This document shows, piece after piece, positions 27,669 through 39,036 of a stretch of DNA of 64,000 bases (the first letter of the stretch is position 1; the number at the start of each line of letters is the position of its first letter). The translations under genes were made by a program, and so were the position numbers. Location of the stretch: positions 106,054 through 170,053 of IMG/VR virus record IMGVR_UViG_3300042544_003795. One strand, 5' to 3'. The notes under the pieces were generated by a model. The model was not told the origin of the DNA. It worked only from the letters and a program-made list of their open reading frames with translations, and made no database searches. This DNA comes from a virus.

Positions 27669-30600
27669 TAAGGTATAGAGAAAGAAGAAACCACTGGAGA
27701 AGGGTCATTATTAAAAGAATAAGCTGTTAAAGTAATTAAAGCTTGATCATTTTCATTAAAAGTAATTTCTTCTATATCATCGTGTGTAATTTCCAGATAT
27801 CTTTTTTGACTATCTAAACTAATTTGAGTTGCGAAACCTTTTATTTCATATTTATCGAAATCAAGAGGAGTCGGGCCTCTAAATTCATATACTGGAATTT
27901 CATCATCAATAGAATTTTTAATTTTTACACTCCAAACTTGATTCATTCTTTTTTTAATATTATAGAATGTTCCAGTTAAGTCCAAAATTGAATTTGCGAA
28001 TTGTTTTTTAAAATAGCAACTTTGCACATAAACTGTTGAATTTATTGTTTTTTCTAATTCTTTAGGAATATTTGATTTTACTAATCTAGAAAAACTAATA
28101 TTAATTAAACTCATAGACTCTTTAAATGGTCTTTCATTTATTTTTGATTTTTCTTCAGGAAATAAATCTACAAACGTATTTTGAGTATTTATTAAATTAG
28201 TATTTTTCACATCATAGAAATTAGGAGTTTCATAAAAATAACCAAAATTTTGACTTCCAACATTTTCAGTCAAATAATATCTACAAAATCCAGCTTGAAT
28301 ATTCAAATCTAAACTTTTATTTAAAAATCCTGAAAATACAATATTGTCCAATTCATTATTTGGAATAGGTGTTAATTTATTAGTTCCATAAGATTTCGGT
28401 ATTTTATAAATAACTCCTTCTAAAGATACATATGAATAATCATAATTTTTATGTTTTATAAATAAATCAATAATTTCATTTACAGCGTAGCTATAAGTAT
28501 TATTATTTTTTAGATAAAAAGTATTTTTTGTTTCTAGAACAGTCCCATTTGAAGCGTATTTTGTAGCCTCAAAATATAATTTATCAAAATCTGTATACAA
28601 TTTCGGAAAATTATTATTTTTTATGTTGAATAAATAAGGTAAAATTTCTTTTGTGAAAAAAGATACAATATTAGAATTACTTTCAGATATGCCTTTATAT
28701 TTAGAATTGCTTCCTCCTATAATATTTTTATCCCAAAGTGTAGCCTTATTGTTTTCTTCAAAAAAGGTAGAAAAACATTTAATATCTCCGCAACTATTCC
28801 TTTTCTCATCTCTTATTAATGGATTGGTCGTAGTAAAAACTCTGTAATTATTATTTCCTTGACTAGTAATAGTAGAAAATTGACCCGGTATTCCATAGAG
28901 TTTATAAATAAAATATTGAAAAAGACCACTGAAAACACCTTCCAATAATGTTCCTTCTGAATATAATTGATATGGAGTTGGAGTTAAAAATGTAGAAAGA
29001 TTTTCTTCTTCTAACTGTACTCCAAAAATATTAACTTTCCATATATTTGATTGTGGATTAAAACCGTCTTGACTAATACTAGAGTCACTTGCATTAACTA
29101 ATTTTATATTTATATTTTCTTCATTAAGTATTTTAAATTTAACAAAAACTCTTTTTATATTCTGCGGATAGAATGCTCCTTCTTTATCAGTATCATATGA
29201 GCCTGCTTGCACTGATTTGTCAGTTAGAACTGCACCAAGACTATTTATATTACAATAAAAACTTTCCCCGCAAAATATTTGAATAAAAGGAACGCCTGTT
29301 TCAGCAGGCAAAGGATCTTGAGGTAAAATATAAAAAGAAAAAGTATAATCTTCTTTTGTTGAATCTTTTTTCGTAAAATTAAAATTTATTTTATACTCGT
29401 TTGTTGCAGTATTCGCTAATGTTCCATAAGATACAAAATTTGGATTTGCTATATCATCAATTTTTACATTTGTTGATAAAGAATCAACTGTAAAATTTTC
29501 CGATTGTGTAGATTTTATTAAATTAGCAGACTTAGAAGTAGATCTATCTGAAAGAAATTCTTTATCATCAAAAGTTATACCAAAATTTATAGAATCTGAG
29601 TCAGAATAAAAACATGACGTATTATCTTCTTTTTTTAAAACTAACAAATTATTCTCATTCCAATTTATACCATAATCAAGTTTTTTTATATCTTGATTGT
29701 CTTCTCTTTTGTAAAAATCATTATACACATCTTCTACATTATCAAATGGAGTTAAATTTTGATAAGTAATTATACCATCCTTTATTATTGAATTAATAAA
29801 TTCTTTTCCTTTATATTCTAACGAATCTGAGAATCCTCCGTTGTTTTTGAAATAATAAGTATTACTATTTAAAACTCTAGTTTTTACTAAATCTTGAGAT
29901 GATAATCTATATTGTCCATTGTAATCTATATTGCTAAGATTTTTAAAGAATAAAGTATCAGAATCTGAGGTTAAAAATATGAATGGTCTTGTTTCACCTT
30001 TCGCTTCTGAAGAAAATAAAATATATTGATCATTTAGAGTTGCGTAAGAAACTCCTCTATATGGATAAATATTTCCAATTTGAGTATTGGTAATAGATGT
30101 CGGAAGATTTTTTGTATGCAATAGAACACTTGACGGAAATATAAATTTATGTTTTTCAAAAACAAATTTACCTTCCATTTCCTCTTTATCTACTATGCCT
30201 GTTATGGGAAAAGGAGTAAAATTATTTGGAATAGCTATTGCCTTGTAAGTATTTAATCTTTCATAATTTAATTCGTAATTTTCAAATGTATTAGGTAAAC
30301 CAGTTTTACCTCCCAAATCTATAAAATAATCTGGATTTAAATTTAAATCGTTTATTTTAGTATTTATTGGAAGGCCATCATTAGGTTGAACAATATAAAC
30401 TACTTCTCCTGTAGCTTTTAAATTTGTAAATTCTCTACTTAATTGTCCTTCTAAAGAATAAAATTTTACATCTTGTATATTTCCTTTTATAGTATAGTCA
30501 TCTTTTGTTTTTTCGAAGTCTGTGTTATAAAGAAGGCCATTGGAAATACCATTTTGCGTAAAAAGAGTTCCAGAATAAGATACATTTATATTCTCTGATC

Positions 30601-31513
30601 CAAAAAAATCAGTGGAAGATCCAGTTATAGTTAAGTCTCCTGTTTTCCCTTCTGTGTATTGAAAATCTAAATCTATTTTAGAACCTTCTACTTGCAATAA
30701 ATATTCTAATTCAAAAATAGCTTTTGATATGCCTGTTTGAATAATATCCCCAGAGTACGCGGAAATATTTGACCATGTAATACGCTCAAAAACTATATCA
30801 TCTGTATCATCTTCTTGAGCATCTTCATTAACAGTTTGAGCATTCTGTATTTGTAATGAATACGACTGGTTCCCAAAATTTGTTTCTAAATCTAAGTAGA
30901 CAGGGAATCCTTGAGAATATCCGCTTGTATCATAGTTGAAAAAATTTATATAATTTCCGGGTTGTATTTCTTTTACATGTGTGAATTTCCCTGTAATGCT
31001 ACTCGAATTTATAGAAAAAATATCAACAATATACTGTCCTTTATTAGTTATTTTTCCGCTTACTGCTTCATTTGAATAAAAATTTGAAAATTCTAATTTA
31101 GGGATAGAGCTTCCATATATAAAAGCGTCTAAATCTACAGAATTCGAAACTGGAGAATCTAAAATTTTAACCACTAATGCGCTAAATATAGAAGTTGGAG
31201 TGGCGAGTACCCCCTCTCTAGTGATAGGAACAGAGTTTAAATAATCTTTATAAGTAGTATATCCTTGAACATAAGATCCTTCGGAAAATGGTTCTTTAAT
31301 ATAAGAATTTATACTAATAGGTTCTTTGTTAAAAGTTCCTATAATATTATCATTTGGATCTTTTATTATACCAGATTTAAATAAATAACGAACATAATGT
31401 GTTCCTGTAATTCCTACTTCAAAATGATCACTAGAATAATTATAAACTTTAAAGTCAAAGTTTAAAGATTTTTGAGGGTAAAAATTCCTATATTGTATTC
31501 CTGTAATTTTCAT
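27668..31513 (-). CDS. Large virion structural protein (tail tip/baseplate region)
   Basis: 1281 aa, beta-rich and Asn/Thr/Ser-rich, in the tail operon. Confidence 0.55.
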   Translation of the reverse strand: MKITGIQYRNFYPQKSLNFDFKVYNYSSDHFEVGITGTHYVRYLFKSGIIKDPNDNIIGTFNKEPISINSYIKEPFSEGSYVQGYTTYKDYLNSVPITREGVLATPTSIFSALVVKILDSPVSNSVDLDAFIYGSSIPKLEFSNFYSNEAVSGKITNKGQYIVDIFSINSSSITGKFTHVKEIQPGNYINFFNYDTSGYSQGFPVYLDLETNFGNQSYSLQIQNAQTVNEDAQEDDTDDIVFERITWSNISAYSGDIIQTGISKAIFELEYLLQVEGSKIDLDFQYTEGKTGDLTITGSSTDFFGSENINVSYSGTLFTQNGISNGLLYNTDFEKTKDDYTIKGNIQDVKFYSLEGQLSREFTNLKATGEVVYIVQPNDGLPINTKINDLNLNPDYFIDLGGKTGLPNTFENYELNYERLNTYKAIAIPNNFTPFPITGIVDKEEMEGKFVFEKHKFIFPSSVLLHTKNLPTSITNTQIGNIYPYRGVSYATLNDQYILFSSEAKGETRPFIFLTSDSDTLFFKNLSNIDYNGQYRLSSQDLVKTRVLNSNTYYFKNNGGFSDSLEYKGKEFINSIIKDGIITYQNLTPFDNVEDVYNDFYKREDNQDIKKLDYGINWNENNLLVLKKEDNTSCFYSDSDSINFGITFDDKEFLSDRSTSKSANLIKSTQSENFTVDSLSTNVKIDDIANPNFVSYGTLANTATNEYKINFNFTKKDSTKEDYTFSFYILPQDPLPAETGVPFIQIFCGESFYCNINSLGAVLTDKSVQAGSYDTDKEGAFYPQNIKRVFVKFKILNEENINIKLVNASDSSISQDGFNPQSNIWKVNIFGVQLEEENLSTFLTPTPYQLYSEGTLLEGVFSGLFQYFIYKLYGIPGQFSTITSQGNNNYRVFTTTNPLIRDEKRNSCGDIKCFSTFFEENNKATLWDKNIIGGSNSKYKGISESNSNIVSFFTKEILPYLFNIKNNNFPKLYTDFDKLYFEATKYASNGTVLETKNTFYLKNNNTYSYAVNEIIDLFIKHKNYDYSYVSLEGVIYKIPKSYGTNKLTPIPNNELDNIVFSGFLNKSLDLNIQAGFCRYYLTENVGSQNFGYFYETPNFYDVKNTNLINTQNTFVDLFPEEKSKINERPFKESMSLINISFSRLVKSNIPKELEKTINSTVYVQSCYFKKQFANSILDLTGTFYNIKKRMNQVWSVKIKNSIDDEIPVYEFRGPTPLDFDKYEIKGFATQISLDSQKRYLEITHDDIEEITFNENDQALITLTAYSFNNDPSPVVSSFSIP

Positions 31514-31514
31514 T

Positions 31515-33974
31515 TTAAATAATATTTATATAGGATTTGCCGGGGTTGCTTCTTAATGCATTATTTAATTGATGCGTTTTTACACTATCAGAAGGATTTA
31601 CAGGAAAAGAGTTTGAAAAAGTAAGATTAGTTCTAGTCCCACTCTGATCTAATCTTATGGAAAAAGATACTAGTCCATCTTCTGGACCTAATAAAGAATT
31701 AGGTAATCCAAAAATAGAATAAGTTTTAGTTTCTTTCTCCTCTTGCAAATTTGTATTTAAATTAAATAATATTTTATCTGCATAAGTTTTAATTTTTGCT
31801 TCATCTATATAACATCTATTATCATTTCTTTCTAAGTTAGAAATATCTCCATTTGTTATATCTTTAGTATTTGCTCTAATAGAAACATATTTATCATTTT
31901 GTTTTCCTTGTGTAGCAAAAACTAATTCAAGTTTAGGTATAATAGCTTTTATTTTTCCAAAATTAAAAGAATTGACAGTTTCTATAACTTTTATTACATA
32001 ATTAGAATCTATAGGTGATAAGATTGGTAATCTTGTATATGTACCCTTAGTTTTCTTTATATAAAATTTAAATAATTTACATTTATTGGATTTCGCTCCT
32101 AAGCCTTCAGTATTTTCATTTTCGTCTGGAGATATTCCATTTGAAATCTCACATTCTATATCAGGCTGCTTATTCTCTCCAAAAGACCAAACTAAATATA
32201 ACTTTTCTTTATCAGTCAGAGCTGCCCCACCTTCTGAAGTTCTGTCTAAAAAAACATAAGGTTTTAAGCCATCTATAAATTTTTCTACATTTTCAGAATT
32301 TGGGTCAGGTTGCCATATAGGAGTTCTATTAAGGACAACAATATTTTTTTCGGCAAACTTTGATATCTCAGCTGCTCTTATATATGGATGAGAAATATTT
32401 ATATCTGGAAATACAAATTTATTACCGGGTTTAATCCTTGAGAATCCTTTAACAGTTCCATCTGGACTTTCAAAACTTTTATCTTCTAAATCACTTGCAG
32501 CAGCAGACCAATATTTTCCACAAAATGTTTTAGCTATCTGAAGTTCAAAATCATAAGCTTTAGTTCCTGTTTCTTCTACAATTAATAAGTAAGCCCCTCC
32601 TTCTTTTAGTTCTTTTATTTTTTCTTCTGTAAAAGCTCCTCCTAAACTAGGATTAGAAGATCCTATTATATTATGGTAAAGAGCTTGGCATTGAGCTTCC
32701 CCTTTTTTGCCTGCTTGTTTATCTGTCGTATTCTCATGGCATATAGCTTTTATATTCCATCCTAAAAGAGCATTATTCCCTGTCCCTAATTTTACTTTAT
32801 CCGGACTTGTATATTCGAGTACTTTAACATAACAAAATAAATCTCTTAATTCTTTACTATAGTAACTTGCAATAACTGATGCTTGGAAATTGAATTCTGA
32901 TCCATATCTTCTTTCTAATGGTCTATTTCCGTTGGATAATTTATCGAGAGATATTGGGAAAAGCGTTCTATTACTATTTCTACTAGATCCAGATCCTCCC
33001 CCTGTATTTGAACTACAATCATATTCTTTTATTTCTCCATCTTTTCCAAAATATGCTATATTTATATCTTTGGAAAGTCCTTCTATGCTTTTACTTGTAG
33101 AAACTTCTTCTATTTTGCAGTTATTCGAATCTTTTATAGTCGAATCATTTATATTTATACCTCTACTTAAATCAAAGAAAATCACTGTATCGTTTTTCCA
33201 ATAAAATGAAAATCCAAAATCTTGACACCAATTGTTCAAAACTTCTCTAAGAGTTCCTGTGTATTGAGCTCTGTAATCGACTGGAGAAGAAAAAGTATTA
33301 TTGAAATTCACTCCATATCTAGAAGCTTCTTGTATGAGATCGCTAAATTTATAATCTACATCCAACTTGCTGAATCCTCTTGATTTCTGACAATCTAAAG
33401 AGTTATTAGGGGTTGTGTTTGATGTACAAGGATCACATTTATCTTTCTCAGAGTCATTTTCTAAATTGCCACATGGATCAATATAATCTCCAACAAAAAT
33501 CATATTTGAAAAATCTCCAACAGCTCTATAAATAGATAGATTGCTAACTTTATTTGAAACTAAACTAGGAGTAACTGATGAAGTTTTTAAATAATTATTT
33601 AAATTTATATTACCGGGTAATGCTACTTGTGTTGTATTTTGTTTTAATATATTCGGCAAAGGGCCTCCATCTTTGCCTTTTAATCCTACATATATTTTGT
33701 CTAAAATTACACTAGTATCGACAAGGGTAAGTTCACAAGTTTTTCCAGATGTTACGCTTTCCTTTGTAGAAAAAGAAATAGCATGTCCCTTAAAAGTATA
33801 AAAATTCCCAATCCTAACTACTATTTCGGATTTTGTGTTAAGATTGTAGTCTTCTTTTCCCCATATAAAAGATAATCTTAATGTAGACGGCTCAGATCCT
33901 CCACCGCTTAAATCTGCTGAGTAAACTTTTTTCGTAATACCTGATATTTTTATTGAAGGAAAATCCGCTTTCAT
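31515..33974 (-). CDS. Putative tail hub/baseplate protein
   Basis: LTLVDTS..LDK and GTLREVLNNWCQDFGFSFYW, reminiscent of gpD/hub-like proteins; located downstream of the TMP. Confidence 0.5.
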   Translation of the reverse strand: MKADFPSIKISGITKKVYSADLSGGGSEPSTLRLSFIWGKEDYNLNTKSEIVVRIGNFYTFKGHAISFSTKESVTSGKTCELTLVDTSVILDKIYVGLKGKDGGPLPNILKQNTTQVALPGNINLNNYLKTSSVTPSLVSNKVSNLSIYRAVGDFSNMIFVGDYIDPCGNLENDSEKDKCDPCTSNTTPNNSLDCQKSRGFSKLDVDYKFSDLIQEASRYGVNFNNTFSSPVDYRAQYTGTLREVLNNWCQDFGFSFYWKNDTVIFFDLSRGININDSTIKDSNNCKIEEVSTSKSIEGLSKDINIAYFGKDGEIKEYDCSSNTGGGSGSSRNSNRTLFPISLDKLSNGNRPLERRYGSEFNFQASVIASYYSKELRDLFCYVKVLEYTSPDKVKLGTGNNALLGWNIKAICHENTTDKQAGKKGEAQCQALYHNIIGSSNPSLGGAFTEEKIKELKEGGAYLLIVEETGTKAYDFELQIAKTFCGKYWSAAASDLEDKSFESPDGTVKGFSRIKPGNKFVFPDINISHPYIRAAEISKFAEKNIVVLNRTPIWQPDPNSENVEKFIDGLKPYVFLDRTSEGGAALTDKEKLYLVWSFGENKQPDIECEISNGISPDENENTEGLGAKSNKCKLFKFYIKKTKGTYTRLPILSPIDSNYVIKVIETVNSFNFGKIKAIIPKLELVFATQGKQNDKYVSIRANTKDITNGDISNLERNDNRCYIDEAKIKTYADKILFNLNTNLQEEKETKTYSIFGLPNSLLGPEDGLVSFSIRLDQSGTRTNLTFSNSFPVNPSDSVKTHQLNNALRSNPGKSYINII

Positions 33975-33980
33975 AATATT

Positions 33981-35633
33981 CTATTCAAAAGGTCCAAGAA
34001 TCCTAAATGCGCCTGACCAATTAGAGTTAGTATTATTATAAATACTACTCTGATCAACTAATGTTATTCTATCTCTTTTTCCATGAGATAAATGTAAAGT
34101 AGATGTTTCGTAATAATCTTCTTTTACCTGTCTATATTTTACTTTTGCTGAATTTTCTCCTAAAAATACTATACTTGCTCCCCTTGCAAAAAGGCCCTTC
34201 GAAAATGTAAAATTTGAAAATAACTGCAATGGATTAGCTGAAGTTTTATCGTATATTACTGGATATACTCCATTCTCTAATATCTCTGGAAATGTAATAT
34301 GTGTTTCGTCTATTGTATAATTATCTACTTTTCCAGAGTAACCCCAGTATACATTATAACCATTTACAAATTCTTCGTCTAATCTAAAAAGACCATTTGA
34401 AGTATCAAAAAGTAATTGCTTTCCTATATCTTTAAATGATTTGCCTGCTTGAGTTTGCAATAACATATATGGCTTTTCTAGGATCTGACTATCCATATAA
34501 AAAGCTTTTTCATTTATTGCTCCATCCATATGCAATGACTGTTTATAAGTAGTCGCTGTATTTATCTCTGTTAAGTTTGCAGTTGAAACATATGTGTATT
34601 TTTCCAACTTATTATATGTAAAAAAATCTTCTACATCAATATTTGCTCCAGTATAGAAAGAAAATAAATGACTTACTGTTCTTTCTGACTGATCATTCAT
34701 TGAGTAATAAATTTCATCATTAAATATTATATTATTTGAACCTATGCTAAAAGGAGTATATTCTCCTCCTATTGGAATTATAGTTCCTGTATTGTAACAT
34801 AATAAATCTTGACTTAAACTATATTCTCCTGACCAAAAAATTTTACTTAAAGCATTAGATCCTGTACCAAATATAGTAGATATATAATTACCTGTATTTG
34901 TAGGTATATAATTTTCAGTTACATAGTCTAAAAATGGTATAAATTTTTCAGCGTTAGACTGAGATAAACTCGAATTATTTTTTCTTTCAAGCTGTTTAAT
35001 CTCAGAAGTTTTTGTATAAACATTAGTATAAGTACCTTCTAATGGTAAAAAACCTGAAAAAACTTTTTCATAATCTTCTTTTTCTAATGTGCCTGTGAAA
35101 CAAACTAGCTGATCAAAATATCCCGATATACCACTTAACGAATTCTTGTTTAAAACATAAGTATTATAGCCTATGAAAAAACCTCCTCCTGAAAGATTTG
35201 TTTCTGGTTTAAATGAGAAAGACTCTGTTTTATAAATAGATCTTGAATCTATATCATAATTTAATAAAGTTATATTATTAGAAGCTTTTATTATACCTAA
35301 ACAGTTTTTTTTAGCTAGTCTTATATCGGAGAATGTGTAGCAGTCAGATTTTGAAGAGTTTGAGTATAAAAATAATTCATTATTATTATTAAAGTTTAAA
35401 GAAAAACCTGCATTCGATTGAATTTTAAAATTCGAAAGTAAAGAGCCTGCTTGATTATTCTTTTTTTCTAAAGTAAAAAATAATGAAAAATCACAATCTC
35501 CAGTTATCCCAGTTAATTGAGTAAACTCTGAATTAATAAAACTTCTAGATTTAGCAGAACTTGTATCAAGCCATTTATCTCTTACTAATAGAGATGCAGC
35601 TTCTGACTGTGATATAAAATAATTTAATTCCAT
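33981..35633 (-). CDS. Virion protein with N-terminal LamG/ConA-like domain
   Basis: DFSLFF...FFIG...SGYFDQLVCFTGTL. Confidence 0.5.
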   Translation of the reverse strand: MELNYFISQSEAASLLVRDKWLDTSSAKSRSFINSEFTQLTGITGDCDFSLFFTLEKKNNQAGSLLSNFKIQSNAGFSLNFNNNNELFLYSNSSKSDCYTFSDIRLAKKNCLGIIKASNNITLLNYDIDSRSIYKTESFSFKPETNLSGGGFFIGYNTYVLNKNSLSGISGYFDQLVCFTGTLEKEDYEKVFSGFLPLEGTYTNVYTKTSEIKQLERKNNSSLSQSNAEKFIPFLDYVTENYIPTNTGNYISTIFGTGSNALSKIFWSGEYSLSQDLLCYNTGTIIPIGGEYTPFSIGSNNIIFNDEIYYSMNDQSERTVSHLFSFYTGANIDVEDFFTYNKLEKYTYVSTANLTEINTATTYKQSLHMDGAINEKAFYMDSQILEKPYMLLQTQAGKSFKDIGKQLLFDTSNGLFRLDEEFVNGYNVYWGYSGKVDNYTIDETHITFPEILENGVYPVIYDKTSANPLQLFSNFTFSKGLFARGASIVFLGENSAKVKYRQVKEDYYETSTLHLSHGKRDRITLVDQSSIYNNTNSNWSGAFRILGPFE

Positions 35634-35673
35634 TACCCTTAGACCTTTAAACAGAATACACTTTAAAACCTAT

Positions 35674-38600
35674 TTAAAGAAGATTGTCCGGAATTATAAT
35701 AGCTTTTTCGGCAGACCAAGAAAAAGCAAAAGTTATAGATCCAGCTGGAGAAACTTTTGAAATTTGAGAAGAGTCTAAAATTTTATTAGCTCCATAAAAA
35801 ATCGAATTAGAAATTTGATTTACTCTATTCCTTAACTGAGCTACTGTTTTCTCGTAAGAGCAACAAACGGGTTTAATCAATGTCCCTTGGATATTAAATG
35901 CCGCCCTTTTTATTATTTTAATGTCTTCTATATAATGACAGCCATTACTATTAATAGGCAATGAAGCTTTTATTTCTTTTAAAGCTGGAACGAAAGAATA
36001 TTCATAAGTAAAATTTTGTAAACATCCACAATCAGAACCTAAACTGTTGCAAAATTTAGCACCTATTTGAATGGTTCCTTCAAATTGGTTCTCTGAATAA
36101 GAATTATCTTTTTCATTGAAATTCAATCTTTCCGTATTACCGAATTTTGTCCATTTTTGCTGCACATAATCTGCAAAATCTAAATTATTATAATATTTGT
36201 AAACATTATCCCATCTATCTTTTTTACATTTTATCTCAGATCTTATAGTCAAATTAGCTTCTATACATTTTCTTGAAGTTATTAGATCATGAGTGATTCG
36301 AGTTTCGTCTATTGTATAAACTTTATTGTCTTGTTTATTTGAAAACTCTAAAGAAAATCCTACGCTATTATTAGAGAAATCTCTTTGAAGAGAAAAATTT
36401 GTGGGAGTTGTATATAGTGGAGAAAAATCTTCCGGATAATATTCAGTCACAGAGTAATCACTCCCTAACTCTGAAAGAGCTTTATTTATATAATCTATAA
36501 AAGTCGGGATCATCAGAAATTTGCCTCCATTCCCAATTAATCCCAAAGTTATAATTTCATCATTTGGGGTAATTAAACATACATTGCTTCCGCTATCCCC
36601 AGCTATAAAATCATTAAAAAATAAACTTTCAGGAGAAAGATTTGATTGAACATATTCGTTGAAAGTATCATCAATGGAAAATTGTTGTGTTTGCTGATCT
36701 GTTACTGTAATTTTTTGAAATTTCCCGATACAAGCTCTTTGAAAAGGGGATGCTTCACTTACTCCCGGACTACTCTCTTCTATTTGGTCTCTGCAAAATA
36801 AAGAGTAATCTTTTAAATCTATAAAATTTTTATAATTTTTGGTGAGAACTCTAAAAAACTTTACAGTATCAGGCAAAGCTTCGTTAAGAACTCCTAATCC
36901 TAAATCTGAAGCTATTTGATTAGGATGCCCTACTTCTAATATAGAAACTAAAGTTCTAGTTAAAACTTTATTATCATTAGTTAGAAAATATAAAGTTTGA
37001 CCTACATTAACAGGGTAATGATAAGCAAATAAATAATGCTTTGGAGTAATTAATATACCTATTTTTCTATTTTCATATCCAGATTCACTACTAGCGACAA
37101 CAAACCCTGAAATATCTATGCCATAAATCCAGCAAGATGGATTTTTTACAAAAGTCAGAGTGGATGTACTAAAAGTGCTCCATATTCTTTTTTGTTCAGT
37201 CGTTCCAGTTAATCCTGCTACTCTTTGAGATATTCTAGATGAAAAATTAGGATATTTAAATTCTTTTGATTCCGTAAGATACATTTCATTAGCTGTTGAA
37301 TACCAATCTTTAGTTGATATATCATATTTAATAGCTTCTAATGTGCTATCTTTAGAAGAAATTTCATTCAATCCTTTAGCTAATAATGGACCTTGGTGAG
37401 TTCCATCTATTTTGACTGAAACTTCTCCATTTTCAGAAATAGACATATCTCTAACATATTTTAAAATACCATAATGACTTTTAGATAAACCAGATTGTAA
37501 AACAAAAGTTTTAGTTAAAGATACTTCACCTGTTAATCTATTTAAAGTTTCATTTTGAGAAATTAAAAAAGAGTTATAAGAATTTAAATCCGCTGTTTCA
37601 AAATAATTTTCTATAGCAGCTTTCCAAATGTAAAGAGATTTAGTAGCTACAGTTGTATATAAAGATACAGAATTAGAATCTACTATAGATAATTGAAAAA
37701 ATGGAAATAAAGATCTCTTTGTATCGTATGTTATAGATATTTTATACCAACCATTACCAGCATCGGAAATATAATGGTTAATGTAAGAAGTCGCTTTATT
37801 TTCATCTACATAAATAGATCCTTTCTGTCCAGTTTTTATATTGAACCAACCTCTAATTAAATAAGGATCTAAACCTGAATAGTTAATAGTTCCCCCGTAA
37901 ACATAAGGAGTAGTAGTTGTATTAGCATATGATATTGAAGTACTTGTAGAACCGGTAACTACAAAAGTCCCATTGTATCCAGATGGATTAATATTCTCTA
38001 CAGTAACTGTAGTCCCAACCGATATAGTTCCTGATCCAGCTAAATATGTTATAGTAGCTGTAATTCCATTTCCACTTGCTCCAGTAACTCTAAATTTTTC
38101 AAAACCGAATGATAAAGTAACCCATTCCGCTGTTACTGCTTTGACGTATATAGATGTTTTATATCTTCCTGAAGTAGTAGAACCATCTCCCGGATTTATT
38201 ATACTCCCTTTTATAAGATTCAATCCATTGGAAGGGCAAGCAATTCCGTCAGCTGTTAGAGATCCATCAGGAGCCAAAGTATCATTGGGCAAAACGCCCA
38301 TATTTACTGTTTTCCAATATGTGTCATTATCAAATGCGCTTTCTGATATAAGAATATTACTCTCATTTATTAAACTTGAGTAAGTTAAGTAAAGATTATT
38401 TAAATCAGAACTTAATAAATTAGAGTTAGAAGCTACAAAATTTTTAGCATTTTGAAAACCACCTTGTGTTTTATTTAATCCTTTGCAAGAACATGAAAGT
38501 GTTATATTTATTGTGTTGTCAGGAGAGACTTCTAATCCTAAATTTCTTTTAGGCTCTATTATTCCATAATTTTCAAAATATCCTTTTTTAAAACATTCTA

Positions 38601-39036
38601 TATTTATAGTATAGGGCACCCAATCGTACCATTTGTTGTCATCAAAACTTATAGATTTGATTATGCAATTTTCCCATTCTTCGACATTCTCGTAGCCTAC
38701 TATACCTTGTATACCTTGAATACCCTGTACACCTTGTACCCCTCTATTTTCTATTAATTGTAACTTTTTAAAATTTTTAGAGAATTTGGAAACAAGCAAA
38801 TCTGCTACATTTTTAATCCCTTCGAATCCAGATTCGCAAGGATTATAATATGAGCCTGTCGCTCCAGTTACTGAAATCGGATAATTTCTTTTTATTCTCC
38901 CTGTTAAAGATAAATTGTCTACTAAATTTATATCAGAATTAGAATAGATATTCTGAACATCTCTTGATATAAAAGGTGTTGGACCTATATTAGAAAAAAT
39001 ATCTTCCGAATCGTATAAAACTTTAACTTCACTCAT
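35674..39036 (-). CDS. Tail protein with inserted carbohydrate-binding-like domains and a trypsin-fold serine protease domain
   Basis: APDGSLTADG...GNGWYKISI domain; GILITPKHYLFAYHY (His), SDLGLG (Asp), GDSGS (Ser). Confidence 0.7.
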   Translation of the reverse strand: MSEVKVLYDSEDIFSNIGPTPFISRDVQNIYSNSDINLVDNLSLTGRIKRNYPISVTGATGSYYNPCESGFEGIKNVADLLVSKFSKNFKKLQLIENRGVQGVQGIQGIQGIVGYENVEEWENCIIKSISFDDNKWYDWVPYTINIECFKKGYFENYGIIEPKRNLGLEVSPDNTINITLSCSCKGLNKTQGGFQNAKNFVASNSNLLSSDLNNLYLTYSSLINESNILISESAFDNDTYWKTVNMGVLPNDTLAPDGSLTADGIACPSNGLNLIKGSIINPGDGSTTSGRYKTSIYVKAVTAEWVTLSFGFEKFRVTGASGNGITATITYLAGSGTISVGTTVTVENINPSGYNGTFVVTGSTSTSISYANTTTTPYVYGGTINYSGLDPYLIRGWFNIKTGQKGSIYVDENKATSYINHYISDAGNGWYKISITYDTKRSLFPFFQLSIVDSNSVSLYTTVATKSLYIWKAAIENYFETADLNSYNSFLISQNETLNRLTGEVSLTKTFVLQSGLSKSHYGILKYVRDMSISENGEVSVKIDGTHQGPLLAKGLNEISSKDSTLEAIKYDISTKDWYSTANEMYLTESKEFKYPNFSSRISQRVAGLTGTTEQKRIWSTFSTSTLTFVKNPSCWIYGIDISGFVVASSESGYENRKIGILITPKHYLFAYHYPVNVGQTLYFLTNDNKVLTRTLVSILEVGHPNQIASDLGLGVLNEALPDTVKFFRVLTKNYKNFIDLKDYSLFCRDQIEESSPGVSEASPFQRACIGKFQKITVTDQQTQQFSIDDTFNEYVQSNLSPESLFFNDFIAGDSGSNVCLITPNDEIITLGLIGNGGKFLMIPTFIDYINKALSELGSDYSVTEYYPEDFSPLYTTPTNFSLQRDFSNNSVGFSLEFSNKQDNKVYTIDETRITHDLITSRKCIEANLTIRSEIKCKKDRWDNVYKYYNNLDFADYVQQKWTKFGNTERLNFNEKDNSYSENQFEGTIQIGAKFCNSLGSDCGCLQNFTYEYSFVPALKEIKASLPINSNGCHYIEDIKIIKRAAFNIQGTLIKPVCCSYEKTVAQLRNRVNQISNSIFYGANKILDSSQISKVSPAGSITFAFSWSAEKAIIIPDNLL

